DNA from: Candidatus Zixiibacteriota bacterium | GTDB taxonomy: Bacteria; Zixibacteria; MSB-5A5; UBA10806; 4484-95 | Direction of reading: 5' to 3' | Assembly (NCBI GenBank): GCA_037441845.1 | Contig: JBBIRK010000003.1 | Coordinates: forward strand, 128,001 to 192,000 | DNA length: 64,000 nt | In this document: positions 50,032 through 60,094 of the stretch, in pieces | Numbering within the stretch: the first letter of the stretch is position 1 | How the letters are laid out: each line of letters begins with the position of its first letter | The notes under the pieces: generated by a model | Database searches by the model: none | What the model saw: the letters and a program-made list of their open reading frames with translations, nothing else | What the model was told of the DNA's origin: nothing | Made by a program: the position numbers and the translations under genes

Positions 50032-51048
50032 TTGCCTGAACTGAGAAAAGATCCGATCGTCGGCAGATGGGTGATAATTTCCACGGAAAGAGGCAAACGC
50101 CCGACAGATTTTTCCAGTGCGGTCAAGGCCAAAGAGAGTAAACTTTGTCCTTTCTGCCCCTCGAACGAGAATTCGACGCCGCCGGAGGTTTATTCAATCA
50201 GAGAGAACGGATCGAGTCCCAATTCGCCCGGTTGGTCGATCAGGGTCGTGCCCAACAAATTTCCCGCTTTGCGTATTGAGGGTGATCTCAACCGCGAGGG
50301 GGAGGGTATTTACGACAAAATGAACGGCATCGGCGCCCATGAGGTGATAATCGAAACGCCGGATCATATGAAAGACCTGGTCGATCTCGAACCATCGCAG
50401 ATAGAAAAAATAATCCGCGCTTTCATCGAACGGATCAACGACCTTAAAAAAGATCCGAGATTCAAATATATACTTATTTTCAAAAATGAGGGTGAGGCGG
50501 CCGGCGCCTCGCTCGAGCATTCGCATTCCCAATTGATCGCCACCCCGATTTTGCCGAAGAGGGTGATCGAGGAGCTTCAGGGAGCCAAGAAGTATTACGA
50601 TTATAAGGAAAGATGTATATTCTGCGATATTATCAAGCAAGAACTCAATGAGAAAACGCGCGTTATCGCGAGCAATGACCTTTTCCTTTCTATAGAGCCG
50701 TTCGCCTCGAGATTCCCGTTCGAAACTTGGTTGTTGCCGCGTTACCATGAATCCCGGTTCGAAAATCTCACATCTCAGCAGTTGACGGGTCTGGTTGCGA
50801 TTCTCAAGGAATCGTTGCAGCGGTTGGCTCTGGCGCTGAACCGTCCGCCGTATAACATGATGATTCACACTTTGCCGCTGGATAGCCGTGATCAAAAGGA
50901 GTACCACTGGCACATCGAGATAATCCCCAAGCTCACCAAAGTCGCCGGTTTCGAATGGGGATCGGGATTTTATATCAATCCCACGATTCCCGAGGATGCC
51001 GCGAAATTTCTGAGAGAGCTCGAATTACAACCGGTGGCGGTGCATTGA
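50032..51048 (+). CDS. galT: Galactose-1-phosphate uridylyltransferase family (GalT/HIT)
   Basis: ELRKDP, CPFCP, VPNKFP and GASLEHSHSQ. Confidence 0.9.
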   Translation: MPELRKDPIVGRWVIISTERGKRPTDFSSAVKAKESKLCPFCPSNENSTPPEVYSIRENGSSPNSPGWSIRVVPNKFPALRIEGDLNREGEGIYDKMNGIGAHEVIIETPDHMKDLVDLEPSQIEKIIRAFIERINDLKKDPRFKYILIFKNEGEAAGASLEHSHSQLIATPILPKRVIEELQGAKKYYDYKERCIFCDIIKQELNEKTRVIASNDLFLSIEPFASRFPFETWLLPRYHESRFENLTSQQLTGLVAILKESLQRLALALNRPPYNMMIHTLPLDSRDQKEYHWHIEIIPKLTKVAGFEWGSGFYINPTIPEDAAKFLRELELQPVAVH

Positions 51049-51058
51049 GGGCTGTCTC

Positions 51059-52540
51059 ATGAGCAAGCTCGATATCGCATTCGTTTCGCCGGAGGTCGTG
51101 CCGTTCGCCAAAACCGGAGGTTTGGCCGATGTCGCCGGCGCTTTACCTGATGCCCTATGTCGCAGGGGACATGCCGTGTCGGTATTCATGCCGCTGTATG
51201 CAGCTGTCGATAAAAACCGATTCGGCATTGCATCCGTCAAGACCAGCCTTGACTGCGGGCTTCCCGGCCGCACCGAGAATTTTAATTTGCATCATTGCCG
51301 TCTCCCCGGATCAGATTGCGATTACTATTTTATAAGAAACGACGCCTATTTCGCCAGAAATGGATTATATGTATCGCCGGAAACCGGAAAAGACTGGGAA
51401 AATAATCATCTTCGGTTTGCCTTTTTCGCCAGAGCGGTGCTGCGTTCCCTGGCCGCGTTGAATTCGAAACCCGACCTGATCCATTGCAACGACTGGCAAT
51501 CCGGTTTGATACCGGCATATCTGAAAAACGGCCTGGAACCGTCCAGCTTTTTCGAAAGCACAAAAACCATCTTGACGATTCATAATATCGGTTATCAAGG
51601 GCTTTTTCCTGCCGAATCGTTCGCCGAGCTCGGATTCGATCAAAAGCTGTTTTACGCGACCGGGCCGTTCGAGTTTTACGGCAAACTGAATTTTCTGAAA
51701 GCGGGAATCGAATACGCCGACGTCTTGACGACCGTGTCGCCCAGATATGCCGAGGAGATTCAGCAATCGGAGGAGTATGGTTGTGGCTTGGAGGGAGTGT
51801 TGAAAAGAAGGGCGGCTGATCTGTTCGGTATCCTCAACGGCGCCGATTATTCAATCTGGAACCCGGCCACGGATTCGCTTATCGCAGCCAATTATGATTC
51901 GAATAAGCTTGCCGCCAAGGCCAAAAACAAGCTGGCGCTAAAACGGCTGGTCAAATTGCCGTTGGTGCGCCGCGATGTCCCCTTGATCGGCATGATCTCG
52001 CGGCTGGCATCGCAAAAGGGATTCGACCTGATCGCCGAAACCAAAGAGGAGCTGTTCAAACTCGATATTCAGATGGTTATTCTCGGGACCGGCGATCCGG
52101 TTTACGAAAATCTGTTGCAGGAGCTCTCCCGCAAACACCCCAAGAAACTGGCGGTGGTGCTCAAATTCGACGACAAGCTGGCGCATCTGATCGAGGCCGG
52201 CTCCGATATTTTCCTGATGCCATCGCGATATGAGCCGTGCGGGTTGAACCAGATTTACAGCCTTCGCTACGGAACGGTGCCAATCGTGCGCGAGACCGGC
52301 GGGCTGGCCGATACGATTGAAAATCTAAACCCGGTCCGCAATACCGGCACCGGTTTCGTTTTCAAAAATTACTCGAGCCGCGAAATGCTGAAAGCCGTGA
52401 AATTCGCGATCGAGGTTTACAAAAACAAACCGCTTTGGAGCGACCTGATGCGCCGGGGCATGAGCAAAGATTTCTCCTGGGATTTCTCCGCCGAGAAATA
52501 CGAGGAAGTTTATCGGGCGGCGCTGCAACGCAGCCGATAG
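51059..52540 (+). CDS. glgA: Glycogen synthase
   Basis: KTGGLADV, HCNDWQ, TIHNIGYQG, SRLASQKG and PSRYEPCGL. Confidence 0.96.
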   Translation: MSKLDIAFVSPEVVPFAKTGGLADVAGALPDALCRRGHAVSVFMPLYAAVDKNRFGIASVKTSLDCGLPGRTENFNLHHCRLPGSDCDYYFIRNDAYFARNGLYVSPETGKDWENNHLRFAFFARAVLRSLAALNSKPDLIHCNDWQSGLIPAYLKNGLEPSSFFESTKTILTIHNIGYQGLFPAESFAELGFDQKLFYATGPFEFYGKLNFLKAGIEYADVLTTVSPRYAEEIQQSEEYGCGLEGVLKRRAADLFGILNGADYSIWNPATDSLIAANYDSNKLAAKAKNKLALKRLVKLPLVRRDVPLIGMISRLASQKGFDLIAETKEELFKLDIQMVILGTGDPVYENLLQELSRKHPKKLAVVLKFDDKLAHLIEAGSDIFLMPSRYEPCGLNQIYSLRYGTVPIVRETGGLADTIENLNPVRNTGTGFVFKNYSSREMLKAVKFAIEVYKNKPLWSDLMRRGMSKDFSWDFSAEKYEEVYRAALQRSR

Positions 52541-52699
52541 TCCGTGCAAACGGTTTGTTATTTCGGTCGCGCACAAAATCGGAATGACCGTCCGCCTTGT
52601 CCCCCAATGATAGCGTGTCTGCATGCTTGAACCGCGAACATTCGCCCCAAAGCATCATAGCCGGCGGTTTTTGCTCAATTCCGCGTATTGCGAATGATT

Positions 52700-53605
52700 T
52701 TATCGATTCATTCGCTTCCACCGATCATACTCGTCATCGGTAAGGTACTTCGTGGGGTTTTTCAGAAAATCCCATAGAATCGCAACCGGATTGGCCACCG
52801 GCGGTTTGATTTTGTCCACCGCATAGAATAACCTCTGCGGACTGCCGAATCCGGATATGCTATCGCTTCCGATAAGAAGCGACCTGACTTCCTGCGGCTC
52901 GATCGGGCCGAATTTACTTTGTACCGCCCGAGCGGCGAAAAAAGCGGCTTTCGCGGCTGAATCCATCCAGCGCTTTGAATATTCTTTCCTTATCGGTTGG
53001 TCTTTATTCTGCACTGAGGATCCGCCTGAATCAGTTGATCGCCTCTGCTCGTTGTGTTCCGGCGGATTTGATTGAGGTTTATCTGAAAAATCAGGCGGCT
53101 TCTCTCCAGGTGACGGAAGAATGGATTGTTTTTCCGCTGAACCTCGATCACCGATGGTTGACTGCTCGGGACGGTTGAGTTCTGTTTTTTTCCGGTCTGG
53201 TTCGCTCTGGGCTGTTTGATGACGGCTTTGCGCCGAATTTTCGTCGTTTCCATAACGAATTTTCAGCAGCTGGGCGAATTCGTTTTTGGCTCTAAGCGAT
53301 TGGTAATACTGATAGCTCGGTATGCGAACGATCAGGGTTCCTTCGGGATTGGATAGAAGCTCGATTCTGCCGTCGCTTTCGAATTTCCTAAGAGTTTTCT
53401 GCAGCGTGGCTCTATCCATGCCGCATTGTTGCGCCAGCGAGGCGAATCCTCGGGCGGCGATCCGCCCGGAATCTCCGCCGAGTTTCGCCAAACAGATTAA
53501 CTGCAGCCAGAGGCCGCGTTGAGCGTTAGAGAGCCCCAGGAACCACTCGTTGCTGTAAAGTTTGGTTACCCATATTTTGGGATATCCCGCCATCGAATCC
53601 TCCAT
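52700..53605 (-). CDS. Phage/plasmid-type replication initiator-like (replisome organiser) winged-helix protein
   Basis: LSNAQRGLWLQLICLA...SLAQQCGMDRATLQKTLRKFESDGRI...IPSYQYYQ N-domain followed by a low-complexity linker. Confidence 0.6.
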   Translation of the reverse strand: MEDSMAGYPKIWVTKLYSNEWFLGLSNAQRGLWLQLICLAKLGGDSGRIAARGFASLAQQCGMDRATLQKTLRKFESDGRIELLSNPEGTLIVRIPSYQYYQSLRAKNEFAQLLKIRYGNDENSAQSRHQTAQSEPDRKKTELNRPEQSTIGDRGSAEKQSILPSPGEKPPDFSDKPQSNPPEHNEQRRSTDSGGSSVQNKDQPIRKEYSKRWMDSAAKAAFFAARAVQSKFGPIEPQEVRSLLIGSDSISGFGSPQRLFYAVDKIKPPVANPVAILWDFLKNPTKYLTDDEYDRWKRMNR

Positions 53606-53789
53606 TTCACCGAAGTGTCGGTGCTGAAAAGTTTACGAATTCTCAACAGATAGGCGGGTCCGAAAAACCAATGCGAAACGCAGTATTTTTCAGCCGGTTT
53701 TACCGAAAAAATCGAAATTGCCGTGGCAAAATGTCGAATAACGCATATATTGTGTCAAGGTGGATTCCTCGATAAACAGGGAGATTCCG

Positions 53790-55403
53790 ATGCGAGGGAA
53801 AAAGTATTCGAAGGCTGTCTGCTTAATAATTGTGGTTGCAACCGCCGCCTATTGTCCGTCCCTACCGGCACTCGATCTGTCGAAACCGTTTCCGCTGTCG
53901 GCATTGCCGGCTTTCAGCGATTCCAAAATCGGCGACCGCGGGAATGAAATCGCGACCTCTCTGGCAAACATCCAGATCAATCACGATGTCGGCGGGCAGC
54001 TGCAAAACGAGGAGATGGTTTGCATAAATCCCACCAACTTAAATAACGCAGTGGCGATCTGGCGCGATTTCCGCCTCGGCTACAGGCGGGTGGGAATAGG
54101 GTATACTTTCGATGGAGGCCAGACTTGGCATGACACGCTTTTGGTCGTCATGCCGTATCCCTGGCAAAGCGATCCGGTGCTCTGGGTCGATAGAAACGGC
54201 GTATTTTATGCGGGCACGCTCAGCCTATACACCGGCGGCACCAGTCAGCCCTCGGCGATAGGATTCCAACGTTCGACCGACGGCGGCGTCAGTTGGTCGG
54301 CTCCGGTTTACGCCGTAGCCGATCAGCCGAACGTATTCGAGGACAAAGAATGGCTCGCCATGGACCAAACCGGCGGTGTGGGCGACGGAAACATTTATAT
54401 CGTTTGGTCGAGGTTTTTCGACAATTTGACGCGCACTCAGATAATGGCGGTGCGCACTACCGATGGCGGTCAGACTTTCAGCGCTCCGCTGGGCGTATCT
54501 AACAACGGCAATGATTACGTGCAATGGCCGGTGGCGGCGGTCGGCGCGGGCGGTGTCGTCTATATCGCTTGGTATCAGCAATCAGCTTCGCCCAGGATCG
54601 CATTCGGTTATTCATCCGATTACGGCCAGACATATGTCCCGCAAACCACCGCTTTCAATTTGAATTCTACTCTTCGCGAATTGAACGGGGGGATACTTTC
54701 TTTTCCCTATCCGGCTATGGTCTGCGATACGGATTCGACGAGCCCTTATTATGGAAATATTTATATAATTTATGCCGACGGCCAAAATGATTGGGACATC
54801 TGGATGCGGCGTTCGACCGATGGCGGGATGAGCTGGAGCTCCCCCGTTAGAATCAATGACGATACGTTCGGAAATCAGCGTGACCAATTCCATCCCTGGG
54901 TGGCGATCGACAGAGGCATCTTGCATGTTTGTTTTTTCGACCGTCGCGACGATCCGCAGAATCTTCTTTACAATCTGTATTACACGAGATCGACCGACGG
55001 CGGGCGAACCTGGGAGATAAATCATCGCATCAGCACGGTTTCGTCCGATCCTTCCGATGCTCGATTAGCCGGTTTGCTAGGCGAATATATCGGGATTTCC
55101 GCGTTTCAGGGCGATGTTCAGATGGCCTGGACGGATACGCGCAATTTCAATCAGGACGTTTTCTCGGCGCGTATTAGGGCGCTGTTTGTTCCCGGCGATA
55201 CCAACAACAACGGGGAAACGCGGGGGACCGATGTAACTTACCTAGTCGCTTATTTCAAGGGATTGGTGGGGCCGCCCGATCCACCGCTGTTGCGGGCCGA
55301 CGCCAACGGCGATTGCACGGTGAACGCCGCAGATATCACTTATCTGGTGCGTTATTTCAAGGGGCTGGGTCCGGCGCCGATTATAGGGGATTGCCGTCGA
55401 TAG
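53790..55403 (+). CDS. Secreted BNR/Asp-box (sialidase-like) beta-propeller protein with dockerin-like C-terminus
   Basis: Multiple S/T-x-D-G-G-x-T/S-W repeats; GDTNNNG...DVTYLV and ADANGD...DITYLV duplicated Ca-binding motifs. Confidence 0.85.
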   Translation: MRGKKYSKAVCLIIVVATAAYCPSLPALDLSKPFPLSALPAFSDSKIGDRGNEIATSLANIQINHDVGGQLQNEEMVCINPTNLNNAVAIWRDFRLGYRRVGIGYTFDGGQTWHDTLLVVMPYPWQSDPVLWVDRNGVFYAGTLSLYTGGTSQPSAIGFQRSTDGGVSWSAPVYAVADQPNVFEDKEWLAMDQTGGVGDGNIYIVWSRFFDNLTRTQIMAVRTTDGGQTFSAPLGVSNNGNDYVQWPVAAVGAGGVVYIAWYQQSASPRIAFGYSSDYGQTYVPQTTAFNLNSTLRELNGGILSFPYPAMVCDTDSTSPYYGNIYIIYADGQNDWDIWMRRSTDGGMSWSSPVRINDDTFGNQRDQFHPWVAIDRGILHVCFFDRRDDPQNLLYNLYYTRSTDGGRTWEINHRISTVSSDPSDARLAGLLGEYIGISAFQGDVQMAWTDTRNFNQDVFSARIRALFVPGDTNNNGETRGTDVTYLVAYFKGLVGPPDPPLLRADANGDCTVNAADITYLVRYFKGLGPAPIIGDCRR

Positions 55404-55417
55404 AAACCTCTTTTGGC

Positions 55418-55445
55418 TTGACAGAATCGACGGCGGGAATATATT
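55418..55445 (+). promoter_or_regulatory. Sigma70 promoter of tRNA-Gly
   Basis: TTGACA-N16-TATATT. Confidence 0.6.
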
Positions 55446-55456
55446 AAGAATCGCCT

Positions 55457-55534
<78 letters not shown>

Positions 55535-55753
55535 TTATTTCGGTTTTTATTTCACCTATGGTTTTCGAAAGTCAAAACCGATAATGATCATTGAGTTGGA
55601 AATTGACAGGCCGGCGACAGGCGCCCAATTTTCGCATTCGCGCAATCGATCCGGCGAGCTCTGCCGGCAATCGTTGCGCAGCCGGTTCGTCTGGTCGATG
55701 TTCAGTTCGACTTGTATAATACTTAGTGGTGCTTTTCAGTCTGCGCAGTCGGT

Positions 55754-56296
55754 CTATCGAGCCCACTTATTCGCCAAATGCGGCAACAACGCAATCTGAA
55801 TGACCGCTGCTGGTAATCCGGGCAAAAGCGCAACCCTTAAGTAGTCACCTAATGATCCCGAATAAGACGACATAATCAATACTGACGCGACAAAAACGAT
55901 CCGGCCGGAAATGATTCCCAAAGCGACCGATTTAAGGCCCGAAAGCCCGACTTTCTCCCTCAATAAACCGGTGATAAAACCATAGGCCGCCAACTCTAAC
56001 GTCATCGCCGGCATGATCAGCGGCAACGGCATCCCCGAAATCAAGTTGCTGACAAGCGGACTCGCAGCCCCGACCAGGAGGCCGCCCCGCCAGCCATACA
56101 CCAACCCTGCCAGCAACACCGGCCAGTGCATAGGCAATAAAAGCCGCACCGGCAGCCCGAGCAGATGAACGACCGCCGGCAACAGCGCGGCGGCTAATAT
56201 AAGGGCTGCATTCAGCATCAACGCTTTCAATCCGGTAAGCGGCAGAGTGGGAGATTCGATTCTTGCGATTTCTCTGTTTATGGCCGTCATGGTCAA
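55754..56296 (-). CDS. ECF transporter S-component-like membrane protein
   Basis: LLPMHWPVLLAGLVYG...SPLVS...GMP...MTLELAAYG. Confidence 0.82.
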   Translation of the reverse strand: MTMTAINREIARIESPTLPLTGLKALMLNAALILAAALLPAVVHLLGLPVRLLLPMHWPVLLAGLVYGWRGGLLVGAASPLVSNLISGMPLPLIMPAMTLELAAYGFITGLLREKVGLSGLKSVALGIISGRIVFVASVLIMSSYSGSLGDYLRVALLPGLPAAVIQIALLPHLANKWAR

Positions 56297-56403
56297 TTCT
56301 CCTTTAGTCCTAATCCTCGCTACCCACCCCGAATTTACAAACCCGATCAGCCGATTGCAAGTCGATTTGCAGGTGCACCGAATAGGACGGATTTCTTACC
56401 ACT

Positions 56404-56841
56404 TTATCTTAAATCGATATGCGAAAGTTCCGGATCGATTTCAATCAGTTTTTCGGCAACGGCTTTGCGATGACACCTTTTGTATCTTTTTTCCATGCAC
56501 ATCAAACATATTTTGCGGCTTTTGATTTCATTGGCGACAATCATCAACGCGTCAGTGCGAGATTCCAGAATTTCACGATATCGGGTGAAATAAGCCCGGT
56601 AGTCTTTTGTGCTATGTGTTTCCTCGCGCAACCAGCGGGGACAACCGAGCTCTTTCAGATGAGCGTATTTTATCCCCAGGCCGGCAAGCCGCCGTTCCAA
56701 TTCGCCTTTGGTAAATCCTGCTTTTTTGGAGTATGGGTTGTCCCTTATGTCGAATAAAAGCTCGATGCCATGCCGCCTTAACATATCATCGAATCGTTCC
56801 GGCGTCATCCCCTCGTAACCGATCGTAAAAAAGAAATGCAC
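56404..56841 (-). CDS. DUF488 family protein
   Basis: FTIGYEG, DIRDNPYSKKAGF, YAHLKELG and CLMCME...CHR. Confidence 0.88.
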   Translation of the reverse strand: MHFFFTIGYEGMTPERFDDMLRRHGIELLFDIRDNPYSKKAGFTKGELERRLAGLGIKYAHLKELGCPRWLREETHSTKDYRAYFTRYREILESRTDALMIVANEIKSRKICLMCMEKRYKRCHRKAVAEKLIEIDPELSHIDLR

Positions 56842-57183
56842 ATCTAATAAGATACATCATATCGGGCCGGGCGACAAGCAGGATACGCGAACATCCGTTG
56901 CATCTTTTGCCGGCGCACGGAGTCCCGGAGCGCCGCGGACCTAATCTATAGAGTGCCTGAAGCCACCGATTATTTCGCGCGGCAGACCGTAGCGACGGCA
57001 GGTCACATTTCGGCGATTCCAGCATGTCGATCGAGAATGGCATGTGAATCGTTCCCTCCGCCGCGTAAACGATCGGAAAAGGCAAACCGAATGATTATCG
57101 TCATATCCTTAGGCGATGGTTTCTTTTTGAAACGACCGTGGAATTTCCACTATGGATTACGGCGTGGTTGCGTCCAATTTCGC

Positions 57184-57212
57184 TTGACTCGAAAAATGCG
57201 TGGTTCTATATT
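57184..57212 (+). promoter_or_regulatory. Sigma70 promoter of tRNA-Cys/Leu
   Basis: TTGACT-N17-TATATT. Confidence 0.6.
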
Positions 57213-57273
57213 GAAAAAGTTTGAAAGCGGTTCGTTTTACAATTTAACGCGGACCGGCTGAAAAGCGCACAAG

Positions 57274-57345
57274 GGCGGCTTAGCCAAGGGGTAAGGCGGA
57301 GGTCTGCAAAACCTCTATTCTCCGGTTCGAATCCGGAAGCCGCCT
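57274..57345 (+). tRNA. tRNA-Cys(GCA)
   Basis: GGCGGCT/AGCCGCC acceptor stem, GAGGT-ctGCAaa-ACCTC and GGTTCGAATCC. Confidence 0.96.
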
Positions 57346-57362
57346 TTTTACACCGTTATCCT

Positions 57363-57448
57363 GCCGGAATGGCGGAATTGGTAGACGCAAGGGACTTAAA
57401 ATCCCTCGGATGACAACATCCGTGCCGGTTCGATTCCGGCTTCCGGCA
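57363..57448 (+). tRNA. tRNA-Leu(TAA)
   Basis: GCCGGAA/TTCCGGC acceptor stem, AGGGA-ctTAAaa-TCCCT and a long variable arm. Confidence 0.96.
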
Positions 57449-57468
57449 CAATAATTCAATTAAGCGCT

Positions 57469-57495
57469 TAACTATATCCTTTTCCCTGCCGATTA
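57469..57495 (+). promoter_or_regulatory. Sigma28-like promoter for the Rsb/che operon
   Basis: TAAC-N15-GCCGATTA. Confidence 0.5.
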
Positions 57496-57514
57496 TTTAT
57501 TTGCAGGTATAGCT

Positions 57515-57901
57515 ATGTCCCAGGCTAAGCGGATACTCGTCGTCGACGATCAACCGGAAATCGGCGCCCAAATCGCCGCCTATTTGCGAAGTCTGAAGTT
57601 TTCACCTCTTGTTGTGACCAGTGTCGATGAGGCGTTGATGAATTTTGATCCGAACAAGATCATGCTGATCATTTGTGATGTCATGATGCCGGGTCGCAAC
57701 GGCATAGATCTTCTCAGGCATATCCGCAACGAGCATCCGCAGTTCCCGATCGCTTTGATCTCAGGCTATTTCGACAAGGAAATGGAGAATATTCAAAAAG
57801 TGTTCGGAATTCCCAAGATCTATCGTAAGCCCTTATTCTTGAGCACGATCAAAGAAATCATAATCGATTCACTTCAACTGGTTCAATGCAGCAGAGAATA
57901 G
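57515..57901 (+). CDS. Single-domain response regulator
   Basis: ILVVDD, ICDVMMPGRNG, ISG and KP. Confidence 0.9.
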   Translation: MSQAKRILVVDDQPEIGAQIAAYLRSLKFSPLVVTSVDEALMNFDPNKIMLIICDVMMPGRNGIDLLRHIRNEHPQFPIALISGYFDKEMENIQKVFGIPKIYRKPLFLSTIKEIIIDSLQLVQCSRE

Positions 57902-57955
57902 CGGCTGCGGCAAAACGCGATTCGGCTTAGGTCCGAAACAGGCAGGAATAGGAAA

Positions 57956-59302
57956 TTGGCTCCTCAGGAATTAGACCTTCAGGACGTAACCGGCAATATC
58001 GGCAATATATTCCAAATCGGCGAAGCTCTCGAAGAACGGATAAGCCAGCTCGAGGATAAGCTTGAGGATCAGATATCCAAAGTTATAGAATTATCCCGGA
58101 TCGGCACGGTGTTCACGAGTATCCTCGACCTCGAGGTGGTGTTGCCGATGGTAATCGAAACAGCCGTCAGCATGGTGCGAGGGGAAGTGGGCGAACTCGT
58201 AATTTACGGAAAGCAGGGAGGGGTGCGGTCGGTGAGCTGGGGGTTATCGGCGGAAATTACCAGCCTGATAAAAACCGAATCGGGAAAAAATATTTACGAA
58301 CATGTGCGGGAAAGCGGCGAATCTCTCGCGATGGGCAAGATCGCTTTCGATCCTGAATTATCGCCTTCGCATCGCAACGTCAATATTCAATCCCTGCTGG
58401 TGTCTCCATTGAAAAGCCGGGATCGGGTTATCGGCGCCATAGCCGTCGCCAACAAAATGAGCGATGCCGGTTTCGATCCGGAGGATAAGTTCGCTCTCGA
58501 AATGATAGGCAATTTCGCCGCCGTGGCCATAATCAACGCCGAGCTTCACCAAGAAACCCTGAAAAAGCAAAAGCTCGATCAGGAACTTCAGATTGCCCGT
58601 CATGTTCAGCATTGCTTGATGCCGGAAAAGGAAATCGTGCTCGATGAGGTGTCGATTTTCGCCTATAACGCCCAGGCGGCTCAGCTCGGAGGTGACTTTT
58701 TCGATATTCTGGAGATTTCTCCGCGGAAGTATCTGGTTGTCGTAGCCGATGTGTCGAATAAGGGAGTGCCCGCCGCGCTGACCATGGCCTCCACGAGAGC
58801 TTATATCCGATTGGCCGCCGAAAATATGGGCTCGTTGGCCCAACTCGCCGCAAAGGTGAACAACCTGCTATGCCGCGATACCGAAAAGCTCGACGGTGTA
58901 TTCGTGACCATGGTCATGGGCCTATTGGATTTTACCGAGCGGGAAATTACGCTGGTGAATGCCGGACATCCGCCATGTTTAATGATAAGAGGAAGTGAAC
59001 TCATCAAAATTGGAAGCGGCGGCACCATTCTCGGACAATTTCCGAACATCGATTTCCAAGAATTTCGTATCCGTATGATTCGGGGCGATAAGTTGGTTAT
59101 TTTCACCGATGGCTTGTTCGAATGCGTGAACGCGAAAAATGAAATGCTCGGTATCGAAAAGGTTACCCGTTTCATTCTCGAAAACGCGAACCTCGGCTGG
59201 CCGGAATTTCTTAAAAAATTGAAATCACTTATGGGCGAATTTTCTTTCGATCCCGGACGAATCGACGATACAACCCTGATGTTGATCGAGGTGAATCGAT
59301 GA
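57956..59302 (+). CDS. GAF-SpoIIE (RsbU-like) PP2C phosphatase
   Basis: GAF domain; LGGDFFD, ADVSNKG, FTDGL and IDDTTL. Confidence 0.9.
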   Translation: MAPQELDLQDVTGNIGNIFQIGEALEERISQLEDKLEDQISKVIELSRIGTVFTSILDLEVVLPMVIETAVSMVRGEVGELVIYGKQGGVRSVSWGLSAEITSLIKTESGKNIYEHVRESGESLAMGKIAFDPELSPSHRNVNIQSLLVSPLKSRDRVIGAIAVANKMSDAGFDPEDKFALEMIGNFAAVAIINAELHQETLKKQKLDQELQIARHVQHCLMPEKEIVLDEVSIFAYNAQAAQLGGDFFDILEISPRKYLVVVADVSNKGVPAALTMASTRAYIRLAAENMGSLAQLAAKVNNLLCRDTEKLDGVFVTMVMGLLDFTEREITLVNAGHPPCLMIRGSELIKIGSGGTILGQFPNIDFQEFRIRMIRGDKLVIFTDGLFECVNAKNEMLGIEKVTRFILENANLGWPEFLKKLKSLMGEFSFDPGRIDDTTLMLIEVNR

Positions 59303-59736
59303 CCGGCAATATCAACGTCCGCATTTCGTCCTCCAGGACCACGCTGCCCCTGGCCGAGGAAATAATCCGAGCCATTTCCGAATCCGCGGCCGACGGCGCC
59401 CGGCAGGCCTACCACCTCAGGCTGATAATGTCCGAGCTGGTCACCAACGCTTACCTGCACGGCTCTTATGCTTACCCCGATGATTTTATCGAGTTTCAGG
59501 CGGATTTCGACCGGCGGAAATTTTCGTTCAGCATAATAAATACAGGCACTTTTCCGGTCGATATGAAAATTGAGCCGTCGGACTTTCCTCAGGTGATCGA
59601 GGAATCGGGAAGGGGCTTGAAAATCGTATGCAGATTGTGTTCGAAATTCGAAGTGAGCACGCTGCCGGACAATAAAACCTTAATCAAGGCCGAATTCGAC
59701 CTGAATAGCCAAAGCAATGTCGATACAATAAAATAG
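59299..59736 (+). CDS. RsbW-like anti-sigma factor/Ser kinase
   Basis: SELVTNAYLHG and ESGRGLKIV. Confidence 0.82.
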   Translation: MTGNINVRISSSRTTLPLAEEIIRAISESAADGARQAYHLRLIMSELVTNAYLHGSYAYPDDFIEFQADFDRRKFSFSIINTGTFPVDMKIEPSDFPQVIEESGRGLKIVCRLCSKFEVSTLPDNKTLIKAEFDLNSQSNVDTIK

Positions 59737-59747
59737 TCGGAGGAGTT

Positions 59748-60083
59748 ATGGATATTCAAAAAAGAATCGAAGGCGATGTCGCGATCCTGAACCTTAACGG
59801 CAGGCTGGACCTTTCCAGCGCCGCGCTGTTGAAAGAGGCATCGAAAGAGACGATCGGCCGGGAGACCGGCAAGATGCTTCTGAATATGGATAAGGTCGAT
59901 TTCATCAATAGTTCGGGTTTGGGTGCGCTGGTCTCGATACTCAAAGAAGTGCGAAACAACCACGGCACGCTTAAACTGACGAATTTGGCGCCCTACGTCC
60001 GGGAAATATTCGACATAACGCAGCTGTCGAATATTTTCGAGATTTATCCCGATGAAAAGCGGGCGCTGGCAAGTTTTAAGTAA
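59748..60083 (+). CDS. RsbV-like STAS anti-anti-sigma factor
   Basis: GRLD and VDFINSSGLGAL. Confidence 0.9.
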   Translation: MDIQKRIEGDVAILNLNGRLDLSSAALLKEASKETIGRETGKMLLNMDKVDFINSSGLGALVSILKEVRNNHGTLKLTNLAPYVREIFDITQLSNIFEIYPDEKRALASFK

Positions 60084-60094
60084 GGTGAACGGCC

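Noticed and set aside
57070..57140. c-di-GMP-I riboswitch suggested by GGCAAAC
   Set aside because: Lacks the following GNRA-capped stem and the GCAAA/receptor elements
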